Positions 46,938 through 56,622 of a DNA stretch of 64,000 bases are shown here, piece after piece. The position numbers were made by a program, and so were the translations under genes. The notes beneath the pieces were generated by a model. The model was not told the origin of the DNA, ran no database searches, and saw only the letters and a list, made by a program, of their open reading frames with translations. The DNA lies in the IMG/VR virus record IMGVR_UViG_3300002514_000019, positions 1 through 64,000 of that record; one strand, given 5' to 3'. This DNA comes from an uncultured virus (IMG/VR IMGVR_UViG_3300002514_000019). Its lineage: Duplodnaviria; Heunggongvirae; Uroviricota; Caudoviricetes. Within the stretch, counting starts at the first letter, position 1; the number at the start of each line of letters is the position of its first letter.

Positions 46938-48335
46938 TTACCCTCCAATCTCGTTGATGTCGTTGCCCGTATCCAAAACTGTTACAGTAAAAATATTACA
47001 AAAACGCATTGCCGGATCCTTTTCTGGATCTACCTGATACATTTTGCCCACAAAAAATATTCGTGTGTTTCTTATAAAGCTATGATCCTCTACAAGGGGA
47101 GAGTAAAATGATTCTCGAAACTCACCATAGTCGACTGTACTAAGCTTTTTAAGTTTTCCATCTTCTGAAACCTCAAAGAACTGTATAACCATATTATTTT
47201 CGGCAGAGGTCTCGGGCGATTTTATGAGTGCTGATGGTTGTTTATAGCCATTTAAAGAAGACATAATGTGAATTGAATCGGCCTTAAAAGGATCAGTTGT
47301 TTGTGCATTTTTCCAGATTCTCTCATATGGAAACATAAAGACTTGTCTCGCAGCAGTATAGTCGTTGATTCCCAGCTCATCATATGCATAAAAATCAGCG
47401 GCCGCTATTCGAAAAAGATCCATAAACTCCGGATCATCATGGGGTTTAACACCGGTTGCTGGATCTGGTTGATTTAGCATCCATTGGGTATACATCCCCC
47501 CGCCCTCCCAAAAGGGATGATTACTAACATCTTCTGTTTTCGAAATCATCTTAAAGGCTTGATGTGCATTGATTGTTTTTAAGTTTGCACCTGTCTTTAT
47601 AAAGGGAAGAATCTTAGGCATGCTGGCGCCGGGAGTGAGTTTATTAATCGGCGGAAGAAAGTCAAAATTGGGTTCATGTTCCCATTTCCAATCCTCATAA
47701 ATGGGCGTTACGGTATTGAGCTGGCGTATGGAAAAATTCCAGTCATTATCAATTTTTGGTGCAATATCTGTCACATCAAAAGAAATACTATTATTGAGCG
47801 CTCCATTTACACTTAAGACAAAGTTTTTTGGACCATTAAACGGATCATTAGTAGCTATGGTATTTTGCTCATTAAAATTCTCAACGAATCTCTTTACGAA
47901 TGCTTCTCCAACGTCAATGGATGACAAACCAAGATCCATATCTTGGATACCCCAGAGATCGTCATCGCCATTGGCTAAAGTGTCAGGAGAATCCTCACTT
48001 ATAAACACGTTCCCTACGTTTTCGTTACCATATACACCTTTTTCATCATTTGCCTTCATCGGTGTAGTCAACTTAAGACGGCCGTTGAAATCCACCTCAG
48101 GTGTAATTAAATCCTGATATCGATTGGACGCTTCAAAATAAATCCTATCCCCAGCATCGTCTGCATATAATTTTGTGGCAGAGCCCGTTATAGATCCTGA
48201 CGTGTTATAAAATGCATGCCTGTCTGTAAAGGTTACATATTTTATTTGCATTCTTCCCGAAGATGACTGTCGACGGGCTTCACTACTAATTAGGGTATCC
48301 AGTATCCTTGTCTTATTGTCTAATATTCCTGCCAT
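46938..48335 (-). CDS. Putative baseplate protein; N-terminus paralogous to the 35926 gene
   Basis: MAGILDNKTRILDTLISSEARRQ..MQIKYVTFTD aligns with MGFLD..IVDAVLTDKGRQ..FSIVKFAFTD. Confidence 0.55.
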   Translation of the reverse strand: MAGILDNKTRILDTLISSEARRQSSSGRMQIKYVTFTDRHAFYNTSGSITGSATKLYADDAGDRIYFEASNRYQDLITPEVDFNGRLKLTTPMKANDEKGVYGNENVGNVFISEDSPDTLANGDDDLWGIQDMDLGLSSIDVGEAFVKRFVENFNEQNTIATNDPFNGPKNFVLSVNGALNNSISFDVTDIAPKIDNDWNFSIRQLNTVTPIYEDWKWEHEPNFDFLPPINKLTPGASMPKILPFIKTGANLKTINAHQAFKMISKTEDVSNHPFWEGGGMYTQWMLNQPDPATGVKPHDDPEFMDLFRIAAADFYAYDELGINDYTAARQVFMFPYERIWKNAQTTDPFKADSIHIMSSLNGYKQPSALIKSPETSAENNMVIQFFEVSEDGKLKKLSTVDYGEFRESFYSPLVEDHSFIRNTRIFFVGKMYQVDPEKDPAMRFCNIFTVTVLDTGNDINEIGG

Positions 48336-48368
48336 TCTTTATACCCCTATAGTCCATCTCCACAATAA

Positions 48369-51300
48369 CTATTCAATTCTTATCGCCTCAATCCTAGAAG
48401 GATTGCCTGTTCGGTCAACCGCATGGCCATCAAAATATGGAAGTGATGATGTAAAAAACTTACTTAAGTTCTGTGACGTTGTCTGGTCAGCATCAATTAT
48501 ATTATTAGAGCTGTCAACAAACATGACTTTTACAGGGCCATCTTCTACACTCGATACCCCTCTATTATTCGGATCTTTTACAAAAAATCTTGTATCACGT
48601 CGTTGTTCCAGCATATCCCTAAATTGACCATAATGATCATAACGAAAAACAGCGCTGGAATTAAATTTATTAATTGATGCTATACCATACCTGAATCCCT
48701 GTGAATCAACAAATCTTTCGTTTTTTACCCACCTGGTTGACCTTGCACCAGTCGAGTCGATTACATCGACCAGTTTGTGTTTATATCCCACCTTAAATAA
48801 CACTGATTTTATCTGATCATAGTGCTGCATTCCCAGCAACAGTGATCGATCTTCAGTAGCGCTTAATACTAACGTCATAGATTCATCAGTCACACGTGTA
48901 GGTGTATTTGCATAAGGGAATGGTAATGATGCACTAGATGCGACGATGGTAAGATCACGGCTGGCGAAGTTCCTGAGTGCTCCGGATGGAAATATTACAG
49001 GTCCCCTGCCTCTTCGCATCGTCCTTCCTGAAAGTGTTTCTATGTCGGGGCCTCCCTGCTTAATATAATCTGTAATGCTGGGCATCATAGAATCATAATA
49101 CCTCTCAGTATCGTCTACTATCTTAAATCCTCTTAATAAAGAGCCAGTAATTCCTTGTGTACCGGCAGCAGTAGAACCTCGTAGCCCGCGGACGTGATCA
49201 CTAATTGGTGGTATTGTGTACCCCAGACCGGTCTTAAAAAATCTACCAGCGCATATGCTGTCAATAAATGAACCACTAAATGAAGAAACAGGTTCTACAT
49301 CAAACTGATCTACAATTGGATTGTCATAATGTAACGCCTCATGTATCGCATTACTAGTCAGGGGCTGGTTACTTTCTGACTCTTTGGGCAATGATTGCTT
49401 AAGTAGACTACCAAATAATGTTACTTTACTGGGACCGGGAGCCATATTTGACGCATATAAGTCTGCTATTGCTTTTTCGCCTGTGCTGTCAAAGCTAAAT
49501 CCAGGTTGTTGTTGTGATACAAAACCAAAAACCAATCTGTCTTTTGGCATTAAAATGTAAGGGCTAGTCCTCTGGAGATCCGTCCATGGCTGTAGCATTG
49601 GTTCGTTGAGGGGGTTTGAGGCAAATGCCTCAAATTTACTACCACTAGGGACTGCACCCGGTATGGGTGCAACCATACTCCTTCCGCTGGCGTTTCCAAA
49701 TAAATCTCTACCCCCATCGGGGTTTCCGTACCAAAAATAGTCAGATGTGGGGGATGGATCTCTAGTTCTTGAGGCATACGGAGCATTTGTCCATATACCA
49801 GGAGAGGTTACTGCCTTCTCCAACCTAAATGAACCGGTAACACCATCCTGTCCGGATTTTTCCTTTAAGATCAGATCTCTTTTTTTCCAATAGGGTAATG
49901 CATCTATATCTACGCTCGAGCCAGCAACTGCAATGCTTCCGAAAGCAACTAGCTCCTTGTGCCTAGACACAGGAAACGGTCCATTAGGCACTGATAACAC
50001 CGTGTTAGTGCCCTCTGTCTCAAGATACTGTAACATCCTACCGGACGTGATGGAGTTATTTAGGGACGTGCCAAACTGATTTAAAATAAAAAAGTTAGAT
50101 GTTGATGTCGCATTTAAAAGTGAACCAATAGGGTATGTGCCTACCGTCCCCGACCACTCGAAAACCATTTTTTCTAATAGAAATGGGTGGGTAAGATATT
50201 TTGACATATCAAGTAATTGTGAACCAGTCGCATCAAACTTACTTGCCTGCGGAAATCCTGCATAATTTGTTGGCATACCTGAAGTTTCTGCAGTTCTATC
50301 ATAGGGAATAGATCCAAACGCAATTCCCATAACCTGGTTTCCAAAAGCGACCATTGACCCTGTTCGGACCATATTTCTTTCATTAGCGTAATCTACATTG
50401 CTACCTGATGTCAGGTCTCCTATAGCCTCCCATCGCCTATTATTCCAGTTAAAGTATGCAATCCCTGAATTTACTCCAGCAGCATAACCAGAAGCATTGG
50501 GTAATGTACCGGTCGACCATGTGATCTTTGTATCTTCCAGCGGGTCTAGGTTTATCACTATTTGTGTCTTATCAGCTAGCCGTGCATCAAACCCGGGCAA
50601 TATATTGGGATCAGTGCCTGTTTGATAAAATGATGATGCCGCATCTAGGTACACGCGTGTTTCATCAAAAGGACTTATTGATTGACTTGGTATGTTATTT
50701 TGATTTATCTGAATTAGTGCATCAGAGACACCAGGAATAAGACCTCTCACCCCTGTTAGCGACGACGTAAGATAAGAGACTGAGTTTATGGTATCAAATA
50801 ATGGATAATCCTTATTAAGCATTATTGGGTACTGCACTGTCGTTGTTGAATTTGTACCGGAAAATGCCAGAGTCAGCCGGTCATCAAATGGATCTGTAAA
50901 TGTCCCTAAAAAGTCTTTATCACCCGTCCTTGCGATTGTGGGGTATTTGCCTAGTGCATTATCCTTTTTATTCAGTTGGACCCTAGGGGGCAGGTTTGTG
51001 GGGCCTGAGATGTATCCAGGGCGGAGCGTTTTATTATATATTGCCTTAATTTCTTCATCGGTTAACCGAACGCCCCACATTGCAAATTCCGCCAACTGTC
51101 CATCAAGCTCGGAATCAGGTGTAGGCCAGGCACCAATATATAAAGCGCCTGATGAATCAGGTTGCATACCATCATAACTAGATGAACTTGAATAATCCTC
51201 CATGTCCACTGTCACGCCATTCACAAATAATGACATCCCTACATATGCAGAGGGCCCTCCCCGGCCGTCATATGTTACAACAATATGATTCCACTTTTGG

Positions 51301-51833
51301 TTATAATCGCTAGGAGATACAGCAGCGGCGCTTCGTATTTGTTGCGATGAGGTATTGGCCTGGTCACGGATACTAAATACAAATTTTTGATCAACACCAT
51401 GGTATAAAAGATATTCCCAGCCTATGCCACTATCTTTAGCAAACAAGTAATGTGGTTCGCCGGCTTCGATATTATCAAAGTTTACCCACAGACTAATTGA
51501 AAATGGTTTATCAGAACCAACATACGGAGTGCCGCCACTTGCAATGTGGCTAAATGATAAAAGCGCGCTCGTCACATCTGCGCTTCTGCCGGCAGAATCA
51601 TTAAATGTTGCTGCTGGAACGTTGGCGCCGTATTCACCTAATGCCACCATAGAGGCGGGTACCGTCCCATTATACGTTATTGATAATGAATGTGGGCCTT
51701 CATCAATAGGTGCAAGGGGTGTCATATGTGCCCATATAACTAATTGATCAGAGCACCTCTGTGAGTACACATGTCCACTATAAGAAAATGTGCTATTTAA
51801 GTCGTATACACCAGTTTTATTTGCGGTAGCCAT
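48369..51833 (-). CDS. Virion protein with N-terminal LamG/ConA-like domain (putative adhesin)
   Basis: FSISLWVNF, KWNHIVVTYDG, LFVNG, LYIGA, LDGQLAEFAMWGVRLTDEEIKAIYN; TAATG coupling with the upstream gene. Confidence 0.75.
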   Translation of the reverse strand: MATANKTGVYDLNSTFSYSGHVYSQRCSDQLVIWAHMTPLAPIDEGPHSLSITYNGTVPASMVALGEYGANVPAATFNDSAGRSADVTSALLSFSHIASGGTPYVGSDKPFSISLWVNFDNIEAGEPHYLFAKDSGIGWEYLLYHGVDQKFVFSIRDQANTSSQQIRSAAAVSPSDYNQKWNHIVVTYDGRGGPSAYVGMSLFVNGVTVDMEDYSSSSSYDGMQPDSSGALYIGAWPTPDSELDGQLAEFAMWGVRLTDEEIKAIYNKTLRPGYISGPTNLPPRVQLNKKDNALGKYPTIARTGDKDFLGTFTDPFDDRLTLAFSGTNSTTTVQYPIMLNKDYPLFDTINSVSYLTSSLTGVRGLIPGVSDALIQINQNNIPSQSISPFDETRVYLDAASSFYQTGTDPNILPGFDARLADKTQIVINLDPLEDTKITWSTGTLPNASGYAAGVNSGIAYFNWNNRRWEAIGDLTSGSNVDYANERNMVRTGSMVAFGNQVMGIAFGSIPYDRTAETSGMPTNYAGFPQASKFDATGSQLLDMSKYLTHPFLLEKMVFEWSGTVGTYPIGSLLNATSTSNFFILNQFGTSLNNSITSGRMLQYLETEGTNTVLSVPNGPFPVSRHKELVAFGSIAVAGSSVDIDALPYWKKRDLILKEKSGQDGVTGSFRLEKAVTSPGIWTNAPYASRTRDPSPTSDYFWYGNPDGGRDLFGNASGRSMVAPIPGAVPSGSKFEAFASNPLNEPMLQPWTDLQRTSPYILMPKDRLVFGFVSQQQPGFSFDSTGEKAIADLYASNMAPGPSKVTLFGSLLKQSLPKESESNQPLTSNAIHEALHYDNPIVDQFDVEPVSSFSGSFIDSICAGRFFKTGLGYTIPPISDHVRGLRGSTAAGTQGITGSLLRGFKIVDDTERYYDSMMPSITDYIKQGGPDIETLSGRTMRRGRGPVIFPSGALRNFASRDLTIVASSASLPFPYANTPTRVTDESMTLVLSATEDRSLLLGMQHYDQIKSVLFKVGYKHKLVDVIDSTGARSTRWVKNERFVDSQGFRYGIASINKFNSSAVFRYDHYGQFRDMLEQRRDTRFFVKDPNNRGVSSVEDGPVKVMFVDSSNNIIDADQTTSQNLSKFFTSSLPYFDGHAVDRTGNPSRIEAIRIE

Positions 51834-52765
51834 TACTTTAACCATCCCCCAAATGCTAGTGAATCTGTACCCTCTGGATTATGACCATATGTGAAACCAG
51901 CAGTCGACGACTTGTGATCAAACGGAAGCAGACTATTTTCACTAGAACCCGTCAATTGATATAACACTTCTTTCATTTCGAAATCATGATCTCCATAGTC
52001 TGCCCACTTATATTCTTTTTTTGATATGTCAACAAAGGGCGTGAATTTCCCTAGTCTAAAATCAATATTTCCGGGTAAGGGTAAAGAAGATGTAAGAAAT
52101 ACATTCTGACTATCGAAAAATGGTACCGTCACAGGAGCTTCATTTTTTCCATTATAAATAAACTGACTTATTTTTGTGTTATTACGCAACGTCAGTGTAT
52201 ACATAGAAGAGATTGATGCCTTAATAGTATGTGGATAAAACTTTGAACCGCTAAGCTGTCCCTGGAGATCACCGCGGCGGTCGATAAACCTTCGAATAGT
52301 CAACGGTTCGATCACACCATCCATTTGCCCATCTTGTACTAGTGACGTATAAAAAACGGGGTTGGGATAAGAAGGAATTGAACCAGCCGTCATATCACGT
52401 AATGTCGAGCCTGAAGAGTAGCCCACCTGATCAACAAAGGGAGTCTCTTCATTAAACTCATATGACTGGCCATGGATTGTTTGCAACAGGCCATGGGAGA
52501 CCCGGGATTCTAGAGCACTTGGTGAACCCAAGCTAGATGGGATTCCAAGTGCCGTATCCGGAAGGGCATCATCAAAAAACTTGTTAGGATCGCCATAACT
52601 TCCAGACTGGCGTAATACAATAGAATCTTCACTCCATATCTGCGGAACGTTGGCTGAATAAAATGTGTGCTTAACCTGTGTTATCGATACGCCCTGACGA
52701 AACATAGAAATTGTGCCACTTAAGGTGGCTTGCATTGTTTTTCTAGTCTTTCTATTAGAGCTCAT
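51833..52765 (-). CDS. Hypothetical virion protein
   Basis: 310 aa; MDGVIEPLTIR, STAGFTY..GTDSLAFGG; within the baseplate block. Confidence 0.55.
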   Translation of the reverse strand: MSSNRKTRKTMQATLSGTISMFRQGVSITQVKHTFYSANVPQIWSEDSIVLRQSGSYGDPNKFFDDALPDTALGIPSSLGSPSALESRVSHGLLQTIHGQSYEFNEETPFVDQVGYSSGSTLRDMTAGSIPSYPNPVFYTSLVQDGQMDGVIEPLTIRRFIDRRGDLQGQLSGSKFYPHTIKASISSMYTLTLRNNTKISQFIYNGKNEAPVTVPFFDSQNVFLTSSLPLPGNIDFRLGKFTPFVDISKKEYKWADYGDHDFEMKEVLYQLTGSSENSLLPFDHKSSTAGFTYGHNPEGTDSLAFGGWLK

Positions 52766-52772
52766 CTTCTAA

Positions 52773-55700
52773 CTAATCCTTCTTTATAACAGCAATTATA
52801 AGTGAGGGTGCCGGTTGGGGATTTGTGTCTGTTTTATTTGATATCAAGTTTTCAACACTTGAGGATTTTGCCGTAGTTCCCCACTGGGGCGTCTCGTTGT
52901 TTTCGCCACCACCACTATTATTGTCTGATGGTTTTGACTGATTGCCCTTTCCAGGAAAACCTGAGCTGGCATTGACCGATGACTTTAAGCCTGGCAAATT
53001 CGTACTATGGGGCGTATCAGCTTTTTCGGGACGATCTCTAGACGCACGAAGTGAAAAGGGAACGTTAACGTCCTGCCAGTCATATCTAAATTTCGCGCGT
53101 TCTAACATATGTGACTCTATTATAAAATTAACGCCTAGAAAATTTGTTCTAGAAGGAACTAATCTGTCTATTAAAATTCCTATTGTGTCGTCGAACCATT
53201 TAAAGAATTCAAAAAACTCTTTTATTTTTATCCTACGTGTTAATCGATTAAAGTAAATGTCTCGAAGACGTCTTAGGTCTGGGTATGTCTCCGAATATAA
53301 TAATTCCGGAGCACCAATGATGTTATTGAAAATATCTAAATTAGAAAACATTGTGATGATATCTTCATTCAACGCCTGCACTAGAGAATTCTCAACAGAA
53401 AATCTGACATCGTCTTCTGGACGGATTGATTTTCGTGGTTCATAAACCGGTGCTATCTTACCCCCCAATTCTTCAACATTTTTTATACTTTGAAAACTTC
53501 GTATGCGAATCTTATTGTCCGAGGAACGCTCATCAAACCGCGGATCAATATAGCTATAAGAAAACCTTTCAGGCTTTATTACTCTTTTAGATTTTTCAAA
53601 ACCAGTAAATGTTGCGCCGCCTTTTCCAAAAGTTTGTGAAAAATCAGTCAAGTACAACATTCCTTCTTCATTTGAATTAGTAACCGGCTGATCCATTGTT
53701 GTGTCAAGCCTTAATCTTTGCCATGAGCCGGTGGTCGTAAACGTAAAATTAAAATTGCTAAAGGGATCTCTTACACCCGTCGACTTAAAGTCTCGGGTGT
53801 GTGTAATAACATCAGCCTTCTCTAAAGCTTTAGACCAAAATCTCACTCTGCTAACTTTTCCTGTAAACATCGTCTGGCGTATCTGATCATTTACGGATGC
53901 ATCTGGATATGAAGCATTAAGGAAATTGTTATAACTGTTGTTAATGCTTTGTGAGCCAATACAGATAAATGACCCGCTTGTATTAATGACACTTACGTTT
54001 TGAAGAACATTTAGTGCTGGATTACTCTCGCTAACGAAGCTGCTAGTCATGTGTAATGCGGCGATATCACCATAATTTTGACGTGATGCATTAAGAAAAT
54101 ATGATGAACTTGTCCATGAGTTCATCTGATCATTTCTCCTTCTGCCGAATGAGATATGCCACTTATTTCCGTCAAAAATATTGACTCCAGTTAAGTTAAG
54201 TTCAAATGGCCTGTTTGTTGAAGGCTGATTGCCACCGGCATCTACCATACCCATAAGTCTTAATGAAGCCGTAGTAGGAGATCTTCCTGAAAATATTGAT
54301 GATGTTAAAGCTAATAAGTTAAATACGACTTTTGGAGATGCATGATCACTACCGGTTATATGAATCCTTGCTAACGACTGTGTTCCTGGATGAATCATAT
54401 TTCCGGTCAGAGGAGAATATTTATACAGTCCCTCAAATGCCCATGAACCAGATGTTAATAAGCCATCATCAGGCTCTGGTGACATACCATATGTGTACCC
54501 TTTAGAGATTAAGTCAGAGGTCTTAACGAATGAAGTGGCCTTGGGTTTTGGATATCCCAATGAGGGCCCCGCATAACGTGATGAAGACAGAAATGCTGAC
54601 TGAAAGAACGGGTAGTCAGGTGAAATTCCGGTATTAGGATCCGGTGTTCCGGCGCCGTGAGGATCTTTTTTCAGTGCGAATGTTCCAGTCATAGTTCCAC
54701 TGAATGATGCCATGGATGAGACCTCGGTTTTATAACGCCTGTCTTGATCAATGGTCAGGGTTTTGGGTCCACCGAACTCCCTAAACCTAAAATTTGAATC
54801 TGGATCTAGGCCAGTGGCTCGAATTAATGCCTTTATACCATGTACCGTGCCTTTGCTGTTGACAATTTCATGCATATTAACAAGAATTCGTCTCCATATT
54901 TGCCCCTGAATATGCTTCAGGCTTTTATGGGGCAATTGCTCTTTTACTGTAAGGTTCTCACCCTCAAACATCTGTTTTATGCTAGCATTTGAGTAAAAAG
55001 ATGGTAATGTAAACCCATGTAAATCACCTAATTGTGGTAAGAAATGATCTGCAATCCCTTTTGTTTCTATATAGTCTGGATGAACTAGTTCACCAAAGTG
55101 ATCTAGATACATTTTAATCTCATCAAAAAACTTTGCCCACATTAACGATAAGATAGAAATAATTTGAGGCGAGGACATCTTTCCCCCACCAGGAAAATCA
55201 GAAGATCCAGATGAAAATAGCTGCCCAACACCACCATCATAATCTGATAGCCCTTCAGCAAACTGGGCCTCAAGTAGATAATGCTCAGGAATTAAGTTTG
55301 TAATAAGATTTGGGTTATTAGTATCATAGTCGCTTGCAGATGATAGTAATTCCATGTTGAGATTTATTATGCTACTATCAAAAGGAAAAAGAATGGGATT
55401 AACACCAGGCAACTCAAGCCGAAGAGGCATTTTTAAACCGCCACTGTACCTGAGACGTTCTTTAAAGTTTTTTACCTCTGCGTGCAATCCATGCCCGGAA
55501 GAGTCTAGGACTAGGGGAGCTATCGAACTTTGCGCTTTGCCGGGAATTGTTCCAGATGGCTCATTAAACTTATAATATGCCTTCAGACTATCTTGTGCAA
55601 ATACATTTCTTATCTGAAACTCTTTCTGTTGGGCCGGTGATCTTAATCCATTGAATATTCTAAGCTCATCTAAGGCGCCTGAAAATGTTTGTCTTGGCTC

Positions 55701-56618
55701 AAAATAGCTAAGTGTTCCATCACCCTTGGCACCCGACATGTGTAGCGTTCCACTTCCTATGATTAGTGGGGCGAAGGTGTATCCCAAAGAACCCATCTCA
55801 CTAGACATCGTTGAAGTCGCTATTAAGTTTCCGCTTTGATAAAGCTCTATTTCATGGTACCCAGGATTTCTGTTAAACGTTACACAAACATTCCGAAATC
55901 CTCCCTTCTGTAACTTCATTGAACTAGTAATAACGTGATTCGTCCCGGACGACATCAAGGCAAAGAATGTACACTCTTCCGTACTTTCACTTGGGTTTAG
56001 TCCAATTGTAAATCCTGTATTCGTACCTGACAACCTCTGAAGTAATACAGAGCCAGAATTGAATTCTTTCGCTAGCGCGACAGAAAATTCGATTGTTGTA
56101 GTCGAATCACCAGGGCCCAGAATCGTACCTCCACTCCTGTCTTTAGACAGACTAGGCTTATAGGCTCCTGCCTTATCAGATATCTGTATATAAGTTCCTT
56201 CATGTGATAGCGCATCATATGAACCAGAGAAATGCAAAAATCCCCTTCTCTTTGGAAATCTATCATATACATGTTTTTCAAATCCAGTAAGTGAATCGAA
56301 AAAACTACTTATCTCATCAGTGTTGCCATCAAATGGGAAGTTATTAATAATTCTGTCAAATGCAACATTTACTTTTGACTCAGCAGAATTAAAGAATGTG
56401 TGATTTTCGAATTGTGAAAAGTCAACGTTCAGTTGCTGTGTTGATTTGATCCCAGTAAGACCGGGCGTATCATAATGAAATGAAGAGGTACCGATAATGG
56501 TACCGGTCAATATTGCAGCGTACTTATTTGAAGAAATCGAACTATCGAATGCTATCTTTTTAACAACTGCCGGTGAAAATAGCGATGTCTTACTAAAAAA
56601 TGGGCGATTTTTTTTCAT
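52773..56618 (-). CDS. Large baseplate wedge protein with LamG-like domains (gp7 / P2 gpI-like core)
   Basis: FSGALDELRIFN, YYKFNE, DGNKWHISFGR (LamG-like); FLPQLGDLHGF..IWRRILVN...SKGTVHGIKALI (gpI-like helix motif). Confidence 0.65.
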   Translation of the reverse strand: MKKNRPFFSKTSLFSPAVVKKIAFDSSISSNKYAAILTGTIIGTSSFHYDTPGLTGIKSTQQLNVDFSQFENHTFFNSAESKVNVAFDRIINNFPFDGNTDEISSFFDSLTGFEKHVYDRFPKRRGFLHFSGSYDALSHEGTYIQISDKAGAYKPSLSKDRSGGTILGPGDSTTTIEFSVALAKEFNSGSVLLQRLSGTNTGFTIGLNPSESTEECTFFALMSSGTNHVITSSMKLQKGGFRNVCVTFNRNPGYHEIELYQSGNLIATSTMSSEMGSLGYTFAPLIIGSGTLHMSGAKGDGTLSYFEPRQTFSGALDELRIFNGLRSPAQQKEFQIRNVFAQDSLKAYYKFNEPSGTIPGKAQSSIAPLVLDSSGHGLHAEVKNFKERLRYSGGLKMPLRLELPGVNPILFPFDSSIINLNMELLSSASDYDTNNPNLITNLIPEHYLLEAQFAEGLSDYDGGVGQLFSSGSSDFPGGGKMSSPQIISILSLMWAKFFDEIKMYLDHFGELVHPDYIETKGIADHFLPQLGDLHGFTLPSFYSNASIKQMFEGENLTVKEQLPHKSLKHIQGQIWRRILVNMHEIVNSKGTVHGIKALIRATGLDPDSNFRFREFGGPKTLTIDQDRRYKTEVSSMASFSGTMTGTFALKKDPHGAGTPDPNTGISPDYPFFQSAFLSSSRYAGPSLGYPKPKATSFVKTSDLISKGYTYGMSPEPDDGLLTSGSWAFEGLYKYSPLTGNMIHPGTQSLARIHITGSDHASPKVVFNLLALTSSIFSGRSPTTASLRLMGMVDAGGNQPSTNRPFELNLTGVNIFDGNKWHISFGRRRNDQMNSWTSSSYFLNASRQNYGDIAALHMTSSFVSESNPALNVLQNVSVINTSGSFICIGSQSINNSYNNFLNASYPDASVNDQIRQTMFTGKVSRVRFWSKALEKADVITHTRDFKSTGVRDPFSNFNFTFTTTGSWQRLRLDTTMDQPVTNSNEEGMLYLTDFSQTFGKGGATFTGFEKSKRVIKPERFSYSYIDPRFDERSSDNKIRIRSFQSIKNVEELGGKIAPVYEPRKSIRPEDDVRFSVENSLVQALNEDIITMFSNLDIFNNIIGAPELLYSETYPDLRRLRDIYFNRLTRRIKIKEFFEFFKWFDDTIGILIDRLVPSRTNFLGVNFIIESHMLERAKFRYDWQDVNVPFSLRASRDRPEKADTPHSTNLPGLKSSVNASSGFPGKGNQSKPSDNNSGGGENNETPQWGTTAKSSSVENLISNKTDTNPQPAPSLIIAVIKKD

Positions 56619-56622
56619 GAAC

